DNA of 64,000 nt. Origin: an uncultured Clostridiaceae bacterium (GTDB lineage Bacteria; Bacillota; Clostridia; TANB77; CAG-465). The notes under the pieces are model-generated. The model did no database searches. It was not told where the DNA came from and saw only the letters and a list, made by a program, of their open reading frames with translations. The translations under genes were made by a program, and so were the position numbers. Shown here piece by piece: positions 50,048 through 57,911 of this stretch; positions within the stretch are counted from its first letter, which is position 1, and every line of letters begins with the position of its first letter. The DNA lies in NCBI GenBank assembly GCA_947169155.1, contig CAMVON010000005.1, forward strand, positions 70,949-134,948, given 5' to 3'.

Positions 50048-51055
50048 ATGACATTAAATGAAAATATAAAAAAAATATCAGTTATTTGTATTATATATAA
50101 AGTAGAAAAATACTTAGATAGATGTATAGAAAGCTTAGTAAATCAAACATATAATAATTTAGAAATAATATTAGTGGATGATGAGTCGCCAGACAATTGT
50201 CCAAAAATATGTGATGAATGGGCTAAAAAGGATGAAAGAATTAAAGTAATACATAAGAAAAATGGTGGAGTTTCTGATGCTAGAAATAAAGGAATGGAAA
50301 TTGCTACAGGAGATTATATTGCATTTGTTGATGCTGATGATTATTTGTCTAAAGATATGTATAAAGTACTTGTAGATATACTAGAAGAAAATGATGCAGA
50401 TTTTTCAACTTGTAAAGATGCTAGATTTTATGATGGTGAAGAACCAAGTTTTACAATTGAAGATCAAGTATATGTTTTTGATAATAGTAATGATGTATTC
50501 AAAAATTTATTATCAAAAAACAATATTATTCTAAATAATGTATGGAATAAAATATATAAAAAAGAACTATACGATGGCATTGAATTTCCTTATGGTGAAA
50601 GCGCTCAAGATATATCTACCATATATAAAGTGATTTTAAGAGCAAAAAAGGTTGCGTCTACTAAAAGTAAACTATATGCATATCTTCAAAGAAAAGAGAG
50701 TGTAATGCATACTTGTACTGCAAAATTTGTAACAGATCATATAACTGCAATTCATAGAAGGTATGAGGCTTTAAAAAATAATAAAGAAATAGCTCGATAT
50801 TTAAATCTAACTATGGCGAGAGATTTATATTATTGCTTTGTTCAAGCAACTATGGTAAAAGATGAAACTTTTTATAATAGTCAATTACTATTGAATGAAT
50901 ATAAGCTTTTAAAAAAATTAGTAAACATTAAAAATTTTAAAGATTATTTGTTTGGAGCCAATATTAAAGCAAAAATGTTGAAAATAATAATATTATTTGA
51001 TAGAAAACTATTTTGGAAAATAAGAACAAGAAAAAATAATAAGGAGAAAATATGA
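50048..51055 (+). CDS. Glycosyltransferase family 2 (paralog group A, divergent copy: DDES replaces DDGS and the N-terminal PVY becomes IIY)
   Basis: ICIIYKVEKYLD...DDESPDNCPKICDEWAKKDERIKVIHKKNGG. Confidence 0.7.
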   Translation: MTLNENIKKISVICIIYKVEKYLDRCIESLVNQTYNNLEIILVDDESPDNCPKICDEWAKKDERIKVIHKKNGGVSDARNKGMEIATGDYIAFVDADDYLSKDMYKVLVDILEENDADFSTCKDARFYDGEEPSFTIEDQVYVFDNSNDVFKNLLSKNNIILNNVWNKIYKKELYDGIEFPYGESAQDISTIYKVILRAKKVASTKSKLYAYLQRKESVMHTCTAKFVTDHITAIHRRYEALKNNKEIARYLNLTMARDLYYCFVQATMVKDETFYNSQLLLNEYKLLKKLVNIKNFKDYLFGANIKAKMLKIIILFDRKLFWKIRTRKNNKEKI

Positions 51056-52620
51056 GAACAGACAATTCTATAAAGAATTCAATAACATCCATGATAGGTT
51101 ATATAATTAAAATTGCTATAGGTTTTATTAGTCAAACTTTATTTATTAAAATTCTAAGTATTGAATATTTAGGATTAAATGGATTATTTACTAATATTTT
51201 ATATATGCTTAGCTTTTTTGAACTTGGTTTTGGAAGTGCTATTATATATAATTTATATAAACCGGTTGCAGAAGAGAACATAGAAGCTGTAAAATCTCTT
51301 ATGAAATTTTACAAAAAAATATATAATATTGTTGCTATTGCAATTTCTATAGTTGGTATTCTTATAATACCATTTTTAACTAAAATTGTTGGAGAAGTTA
51401 GCGTAGATATTAATATATATGTCATTTATTTACTATTTTTATTTCAAACTGTTTCTTCTTATTTAATATCATATAAAAAGAGTTTGATTTATGCACATCA
51501 AAAGAGCTATATAATAAACAATGTGCATATGGTATGTTTAGTATCTTTTACTGCATTTAGATTATTATTATTGTATTTGACTAAAAATTATTATATATAT
51601 CTAATAATATCAACAGCTGCTCAATTAATTGAAAATATAATTGGACATATTATAGCTAATAAATTATATCCATATTTATTAGACAAGAATGTAAATAAGT
51701 TAGATCCAGCAATTGAGAAAGATATATTTAAAAAAGTTAAAGCACTATTTTTTCATAAAGTCGGTACGGTAATCGTTAATGGTACAGATAATATAATAAT
51801 ATCTATGTTTTTAGGTGTAACTCAAGTTGGGCTATACTCAAATTATAATTTAATAATAACATACATTTTTAATTTCTTATCTAATATTATTACTTCAACT
51901 ACAGCAAGTGTTGGTAATTTATTGGCATCAAAAGAAGAAAATAGATTTTTTGGCGTGTTCAAAAAGATTAGGTTTTTAAATTTTTGGATTGCAGCATTTA
52001 CAGCTACTTCAATTTTGGTTATAGTTCAACCATTCGTTAAAATATGGATAGGTGAGGAGTATATTTTAAATATTTTTGTTGTTATTGTGTTAATGTTAAA
52101 TTATTACCAAAGAACAACAAGAATTACATATGTTACATTTAAAGACTCAGCAGGAATATGGTATGAAGATAGATTTATTCCAATTCTTGAATCAATATTT
52201 AATATAGTTGCTTCAATTGTATTATTAAAAATATTTGGACTTGCTGGGGTATTTATGGGAACAATTGTTAGTAGTTTAATTTTATGGTGTTATAGTTATC
52301 CAAAATTAGTATATAAAAAGATATTTAAAAGAAATTATATTAATTACGCAATGGAAACGTTGGGATATTTAGCGTTATTTGTAGCAATTGCTGGTGCGTG
52401 CCTAGGATTATCTTTAATACTTAAAGTAAACAATATATATTTGCAACTAGTAATAAATACAATAATATCTGCTATAATTCCTAATCTAATAATGTTTTTA
52501 ATATTTAGAAAAACTGAAAATTTTAAGTATTTTAAAGGAATAGTATTTAATATCATAAATAAGTTTAGACTTAAAATTTTTTCTAGTAAAAAAAAGGAGA
52601 AGATTACTAATGAAAATTAG
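51052..52620 (+). CDS. wzx: Oligosaccharide flippase (Wzx, MOP superfamily)
   Basis: About 12-14 TM helices; polysaccharide-biosynthesis-protein-like N-terminus; 4-nt overlap with the upstream GT2 gene. Confidence 0.7.
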   Translation: MRTDNSIKNSITSMIGYIIKIAIGFISQTLFIKILSIEYLGLNGLFTNILYMLSFFELGFGSAIIYNLYKPVAEENIEAVKSLMKFYKKIYNIVAIAISIVGILIIPFLTKIVGEVSVDINIYVIYLLFLFQTVSSYLISYKKSLIYAHQKSYIINNVHMVCLVSFTAFRLLLLYLTKNYYIYLIISTAAQLIENIIGHIIANKLYPYLLDKNVNKLDPAIEKDIFKKVKALFFHKVGTVIVNGTDNIIISMFLGVTQVGLYSNYNLIITYIFNFLSNIITSTTASVGNLLASKEENRFFGVFKKIRFLNFWIAAFTATSILVIVQPFVKIWIGEEYILNIFVVIVLMLNYYQRTTRITYVTFKDSAGIWYEDRFIPILESIFNIVASIVLLKIFGLAGVFMGTIVSSLILWCYSYPKLVYKKIFKRNYINYAMETLGYLALFVAIAGACLGLSLILKVNNIYLQLVINTIISAIIPNLIMFLIFRKTENFKYFKGIVFNIINKFRLKIFSSKKKEKITNEN

Positions 52621-53560
52621 CGTGATAATACCGGTATATAATACAGAAAAATTCATATCTCGTGCAATAGATAGTGTTTTAGCTCAAGATTATAAAGATT
52701 ATGAGATAATATGTATAGATGATGGCTCTAAGGATAAATCTGCACAAATAATTAAGGAAAAAGCAAATACTTATTCTTGTATTAAATATTATTATCAAGA
52801 AAATCAAGGCCCTGGCATTGCAAGAAAAAAAGGCTATTTAAAGGCTAAGGGCGAGTTAATATATTTTATGGATAGTGATGATTATTTAATAGATAATTCG
52901 GCTTTTTCAAAAATTATTGATGTATACAATAAATATAATCCTGATGTTGTTTTATTTGATATAAATCGTATTATTAAAAAACAGGAAAGTTTGTCAAGGC
53001 CATATAATGGAAATGATTTAAATATTGGATATAATGATATTAGTACAATTGATAATTTATATGTTACTGCAAATTTATATTCAAAAATTTTAAAAAAATC
53101 TATATTAAATGAAAGCATGTTTATAAATTCAAATACTTTTGAAGATTTTTACACTTCGTATTTATATTTAGATAAATGTAAGAATTATTATTATTTGAAT
53201 GAAAAACTATATTGTCTTTATCATGGACAAGACAATGAAACTCATTTATCTGTAGTAGAAAATATTGAAAAAAAGAAAAAAAGGTTTAATATAATTAATT
53301 TAACTTATTTGAAAGTTAATAATAAAGTTTTAAAGAAGTGTATTGCTAATTATTGTGCTCAAGTTATAATCGGGGAAATTACATTAAGAACTAAATACTT
53401 CTTTAATCTTAAAGAGAGAAAAGATAATAAAAAAATAAAAGAAGAATTAAGAAAAATTATTAAAATTCTTAACGAAAGCGAGTTTGAGTATGAGCCAAAT
53501 GGTAAATTTAAAGGGGTTAAAAAAATTGTTTTTAAGCTATTCATACTTACGCATAAGTAA
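52610..53560 (+). CDS. Glycosyltransferase family 2
   Basis: ISVIIPVYNTEKFI, DDGSKD and DSDD motifs. Confidence 0.8.
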   Translation: MKISVIIPVYNTEKFISRAIDSVLAQDYKDYEIICIDDGSKDKSAQIIKEKANTYSCIKYYYQENQGPGIARKKGYLKAKGELIYFMDSDDYLIDNSAFSKIIDVYNKYNPDVVLFDINRIIKKQESLSRPYNGNDLNIGYNDISTIDNLYVTANLYSKILKKSILNESMFINSNTFEDFYTSYLYLDKCKNYYYLNEKLYCLYHGQDNETHLSVVENIEKKKKRFNIINLTYLKVNNKVLKKCIANYCAQVIIGEITLRTKYFFNLKERKDNKKIKEELRKIIKILNESEFEYEPNGKFKGVKKIVFKLFILTHK

Positions 53561-53598
53561 AAAATAAAAGCGAGTCCTTTTGAACTCGCTATTTTTAT
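53561..53598. terminator. Bidirectional terminator between convergent genes (A-run, AGCGAGT...ACTCGCT, T-run)
   Basis: Hairpin flanked by A5 on the 5' side and T5 on the 3' side. Confidence 0.65.
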
Positions 53599-55040
53599 TA
53601 GTTATTTGGTTTGTTTTTTGTGACAGCTAAAGAATTACTACTTGTGTATGAATGATATCCTTTAGCATATTCTTTAATTTTATTCATTGGCATTCTGTTT
53701 ACTATTGCTCCAATAATGTTTCCGCCCATATTAATTATAGTGCTTTTCATCTCTAATAAATCATTTGCTTTAGATTTTTCAATTGCAGATACAGCTATAA
53801 CTCCATCTACTTTTTTGCATAGTGACATTGTATCTGAAACTATATTTATTGGTGGGGCATCAAGTAAAACAACATCATAATTATCTTTTGCATAAGCTAG
53901 TATTAAATCCATTTGTTTAGAATCGAAATTTATATCTGTTGAAGAAGAAACACCACTAGGGATAATGTGTATATTATCTATTTGAGTTTCTTGTATTAGT
54001 TTATTTAAATAATTGTGTAAGTTTAAATTATCTTCAGTTATATTTTTATCATCCAACGCTTGAGATATACCCAAAGTATTGTTTGCTTGGAATACATAAG
54101 TTTGTTTACTCTTTACAAAGTCACAGTCAATAATTAACACTCTATATTTAACTTGAGAAAAAGCTGTAGCTAAGTTTGAAACTATAAAGCTTTTTCCATC
54201 TTGTGTAGATGGGCTAGTAAATAAAAATGTTTTTAAATCGTGATCGTGCATTTTGTATATTATATTTGTTCTTAATCCTCTAATAGACTCAGAAGTAGGA
54301 TTTTTTGGCATGTCTTTAACTATAACACTTTTTCTAATATTTAAATTAAATTTTTTCTTAACTTCAGGAATAACGCCAATTACATGTAAATCTAGTAATT
54401 CTTCAACTTCATGTTTAGATTTAATTGTTGAATCTAAACAGAAAGCTACAAATAATACTCCACAAGAAAATACAAATCCAACAACAGCAAAAAGTACAAA
54501 ACTTTTTTGGTAATTAATGTTAGATGGATAAGTTGCAGGAAGAGCGGTGTCTACTACTATAACGTTTTCGATACTATATATTTCTCTAACTTTTTCTTTG
54601 AAAACTTCAGACAGTGTATTTGCTACTAATGCAGCAATTTCAGGATCTTCATTTGTAACATTAATCTTAAGCATTTCTGTATCATTTTTTACGGTTACAG
54701 AAATGTTATTCATTAAAGAACTTTCAGATATATTTAAATTAAGTTTTTCTTTTACTTCTTCTGCAACAGCTCTACTTTTCATTATTTCACTATATGTTGA
54801 GATAAGTTTTGAGTTAAGAGAAAGTTCACCAGGAGTTATACTTTCACCATTTTCAGTATAAGCGTTAGAACTTGTTGTAATTTTTGAAAGTAATACAGTA
54901 GTTGTAGAAGTATACATTGGAGTTACACAAAATTTAGTATAAAATACACTTGCAATTCCAGCTATTATAGTAAATAAAATAATAATATATTTACGTTTAA
55001 AAATATAATAAAAAATTTCACTTAAATTAATTTCATTCAT
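53598..55040 (-). CDS. Fused Wzz-like chain-length regulator and BY-kinase (CpsC-CpsD/Wzc-type tyrosine kinase)
   Basis: N-terminal TM plus Wzz region. C-terminal P-loop domain with Walker A SPSTQDGKS, Walker A' VLIIDCD, Walker B YDVVLLDAPP and a C-terminal tail YHSYTSS. Confidence 0.8.
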   Translation of the reverse strand: MNEINLSEIFYYIFKRKYIIILFTIIAGIASVFYTKFCVTPMYTSTTTVLLSKITTSSNAYTENGESITPGELSLNSKLISTYSEIMKSRAVAEEVKEKLNLNISESSLMNNISVTVKNDTEMLKINVTNEDPEIAALVANTLSEVFKEKVREIYSIENVIVVDTALPATYPSNINYQKSFVLFAVVGFVFSCGVLFVAFCLDSTIKSKHEVEELLDLHVIGVIPEVKKKFNLNIRKSVIVKDMPKNPTSESIRGLRTNIIYKMHDHDLKTFLFTSPSTQDGKSFIVSNLATAFSQVKYRVLIIDCDFVKSKQTYVFQANNTLGISQALDDKNITEDNLNLHNYLNKLIQETQIDNIHIIPSGVSSSTDINFDSKQMDLILAYAKDNYDVVLLDAPPINIVSDTMSLCKKVDGVIAVSAIEKSKANDLLEMKSTIINMGGNIIGAIVNRMPMNKIKEYAKGYHSYTSSNSLAVTKNKPNN

Positions 55041-55163
55041 TCAATTTCACCACTTCAAATAAATTATATAGTAAAAATAAACATTATTCAATTATTTTTA
55101 TCTATATTTTAGGCTTTTTAACATTTACTGATATTAGTACATAATATATTTTAGGAGGTTAAT

Positions 55164-55667
55164 ATGTATTCAGATTATAATAATTATTATTCTATTTTTC
55201 GTGGAAATAGACAAGATATGATAAATTTTGAAGAGGAATTGATTACCCCTTACCAAGCAATTGAACTTATTAGAAAATCAATTGGTGATGAAAGAAATGA
55301 TGAATTGTTTTATGATAGATTGATAGAACAAGCACCAACTGAGAAGGAAAAGAGTATAATACAAGATATTAGAGATAATGAGAAAAAACATAATATGATA
55401 CTTAGAGAAGTATATTATGATTTTACTGGGCAAGTTTTGCAAAATAATATGAATTTGATGCAAGATAATATGCAAAATAACTTATCATATACAGAAAATC
55501 TAGAAAAAGCTTTGTTTGGTGAATTAGAAGCTGTTAATAAATACAGAAAAATATTAGCAGTTATGCCACAAGGAAAGTGGTATACTTTGATTATGTCTAT
55601 TATGACAGATGAGTTAAGACATTCTGCAAAATATAATTATTTAATACATATGGCAGCAAAGCAGTGA
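55164..55667 (+). CDS. Hypothetical protein, possibly ferritin-like fold
   Basis: Helical, with E...E...H-type spacing (ELEAVNKYRK...DELRHSAKYNYL); weak. Confidence 0.35.
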   Translation: MYSDYNNYYSIFRGNRQDMINFEEELITPYQAIELIRKSIGDERNDELFYDRLIEQAPTEKEKSIIQDIRDNEKKHNMILREVYYDFTGQVLQNNMNLMQDNMQNNLSYTENLEKALFGELEAVNKYRKILAVMPQGKWYTLIMSIMTDELRHSAKYNYLIHMAAKQ

Positions 55668-55669
55668 AT

Positions 55670-55712
55670 TTAGCAAGTAGTTCTTGAAAAACTACTTGCT
55701 TTTATGTTATTA
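55670..55712 (+). repeat. Conserved-stem terminator hairpin, copy 8 (AGCAAGTAGTT-CTTGAAAA-AACTACTTGCT then TTTATGTTATTA)
   Basis: 11-bp perfect stem plus conserved tail. Confidence 0.75.
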
Positions 55713-55740
55713 TTCTTTTAGAGTGGTTTGGGAGGAAATT

Positions 55741-56316
55741 ATGTTTAAATATGAAGAACCAACATTAGAGAGAAAACAAGATGCAATAGACTATGTGAAC
55801 GAATTAAAAGAATATGGTTCAAGCATAAACGGGACAAGCGGATTGGATAAATATTTAGATGATTATGAAGGTTGGCTTGAAAAAATAGATAAAGATAAGA
55901 GCGCTCCAGTTACTGAGGATACAGTTCCTAAAAGAGTATATTTTCTTGTTAGATGTGAAGATAATAAACTTGTTGGAATGTGTACTATTAGATTAAAACT
56001 AAATGAAAAATATATGTATTATGGAAGAAATATAGGATATAGTATTAGACCAACAGAACGAGGTAAAGGATATAATAAAATTAATTTGTATTTAGCACTT
56101 AAAGAGTGTAAAAAACATGGAATTGAAAAAGCACTTTTAGATGTGGATTCAAATAATGCTGCTTCATGGAGAACAATGGAAGCTTTGGGTGGACATATGG
56201 ACTTAGAAATGGAGTCAGAACTTGAAGGACATTTTAAAGTTAGATTTTATTCAATAGATGTTGAAAAATCATTAAAAGAATATGGCTCAATTTATGAGCC
56301 TATGATAGGAGAGTAG
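55741..56316 (+). CDS. GNAT family N-acetyltransferase
   Basis: GNAT motif RGKGYNKINLYLAL; RBS GGGAGG before the ATG at 55741. Confidence 0.65.
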   Translation: MFKYEEPTLERKQDAIDYVNELKEYGSSINGTSGLDKYLDDYEGWLEKIDKDKSAPVTEDTVPKRVYFLVRCEDNKLVGMCTIRLKLNEKYMYYGRNIGYSIRPTERGKGYNKINLYLALKECKKHGIEKALLDVDSNNAASWRTMEALGGHMDLEMESELEGHFKVRFYSIDVEKSLKEYGSIYEPMIGE

Positions 56317-56327
56317 GAGAGATTTAT

Positions 56328-56357
56328 ATGGAAAATAAAAAAAAAATAAGGGATTAG
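56328..56357 (+). other. Nine-codon ORF with a strong RBS that ends after an A10 homopolymer; probably the true start of the downstream ORF, now out of frame
   Basis: AGGAGAG, 8 nt, ATG GAA AAT then A10. One extra A (11 A) joins it in frame to 56348 onward (MENKKKNKGLVIGLVVGVIAVVAIVLVVVLALGNKAKS...). Confidence 0.6.
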
Positions 56358-56404
56358 TTATAGGATTAGTAGTAGGCGTTATTGCAGTTGTAGCAATAGT
56401 ATTA

Positions 56405-56761
56405 GTGGTAGTATTAGCATTAGGAAATAAAGCAAAAAGTATTATAGGTACATATGATTTGGTTGGAATGGTAAGCGAAGGAGAAGAAATATCTAAAGAA
56501 GATATTGAATTAATGAAACAATATGGACTTTATGTATATATTCAAGTTGAAGATGAAACAAATGGAGTACTTACTATGTTTGGCGAAAAATTACCTTTTA
56601 AATATGATGGCGATAATATAATAATTGATAACGAATTATGTCCATATACATATAGTAAAGAAGAATTAACTATAAAGAAAGATACAGAAGAATTAATCTT
56701 TCACAAAGTTGATCCTTCGACTATAGAAGACAGAACTAATATACCTAACATACAAGAATAA
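56405..56761 (+). CDS. Hypothetical exported or membrane-anchored protein; as assembled it starts at a GTG in the middle of a TM helix (frameshifted N-terminus)
   Basis: The open frame runs from 56339. The only start in frame is the GTG at 56405, inside the hydrophobic stretch LVVGVIAVVAIVLVVVLALG. Confidence 0.5.
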   Translation: MVVLALGNKAKSIIGTYDLVGMVSEGEEISKEDIELMKQYGLYVYIQVEDETNGVLTMFGEKLPFKYDGDNIIIDNELCPYTYSKEELTIKKDTEELIFHKVDPSTIEDRTNIPNIQE

Positions 56762-56778
56762 TAAAAAGGAAGTATATT

Positions 56779-57735
56779 ATGATAATAAACACAGGAATGA
56801 GAACAGATATACCTGCCTTTTATTCAACTTGGCTGCTAAATAGAATAAAAGAGGGATATGTATTAGTTCGTAACCCATATTATAGAAATCAAGTAACAAG
56901 ATATAGTTTGAGTCCTGAGCTTGTAGATTGCTTAGCGTTTTGTACTAAAAATCCTCATCCTTTAATGGCTCATTTTGATGTATTAGATAAATTTAAACAA
57001 TTTTGGTTTGTAACAATTACTCCATATGGTAAAGATTTAGAACCAAATGTTCCAGATAAAAAACAAGTAATTGAAGATTTTAAAGTGTTGTCTAAACATT
57101 TAGGTGCAAATGCTGTTGCACTTCGTTATGATCCAATACTTTTAAATGATAATTTTACAATAGAAAAACATGTTTATGCTTTTGAAAAGTTGCTTTATCA
57201 ACTTCAAGGATATACAGAAGATGTTACAATTAGTTTTTTAGATATGTATGATAAAGTAAAGAAAAATGCTCCAAACATTAGAACACTTACAGATGAAGAG
57301 CAAAATGTAATAGCTCGTGAATTTGCAAAAATAGGAAAGAAATATGGTATGGTAATTCATGCTTGTTGTGAGAAGAAAGAACTTGCAGAATATGGTATAG
57401 ATATTTCTGGTTGTATGAGTCAAGAAATAGTAGAAAAAGCAATAGGTTATTCACTTAATGCACCAAGAAATGGTTCAAAAAGAGAATCTTGTAATTGTTT
57501 AATGGGTAATGATATTGGAATGTATAATACTTGTATGCATCTATGTAAATATTGCTATGCAAATTATAGTGAAGAACTTGTAAAAAGTAACGCTTTAAAG
57601 CATAATCCAAACTCTCCATTTTTAATTGGAGAAAGTGAGGAAGATGATAATATTACTAATGCACAACAATTGTTATGGAAAAGAAAAAATAGTAATTGTG
57701 AACAGATTAAATTTAAGCTTGCAGATAATGAATAA
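56779..57735 (+). CDS. DUF1848-like protein with a C-terminal Cys cluster
   Basis: N-terminus MIINTGMRTDIPAFYSTWLLNRIKEGYVLVRNPYY and a C-terminal cluster CNCLMGNDIGMYNTCMHLCKYCYANY; the family call is from memory. Confidence 0.45.
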   Translation: MIINTGMRTDIPAFYSTWLLNRIKEGYVLVRNPYYRNQVTRYSLSPELVDCLAFCTKNPHPLMAHFDVLDKFKQFWFVTITPYGKDLEPNVPDKKQVIEDFKVLSKHLGANAVALRYDPILLNDNFTIEKHVYAFEKLLYQLQGYTEDVTISFLDMYDKVKKNAPNIRTLTDEEQNVIAREFAKIGKKYGMVIHACCEKKELAEYGIDISGCMSQEIVEKAIGYSLNAPRNGSKRESCNCLMGNDIGMYNTCMHLCKYCYANYSEELVKSNALKHNPNSPFLIGESEEDDNITNAQQLLWKRKNSNCEQIKFKLADNE

Positions 57736-57911
57736 AATTATCTGCTGTTTTTATATTATTTTTACATTCAAATTTTGTAATAATAGTAGAAATTATATTA
57801 TTAATATGGTAAAATTTAAGCATGTAAATAAAAGTATTTTTATTTAATTATGATTAATATAAATGGCAATCATTTATATAATAAATTCATATTGTAAAAG
57901 GAGGAATAAAT

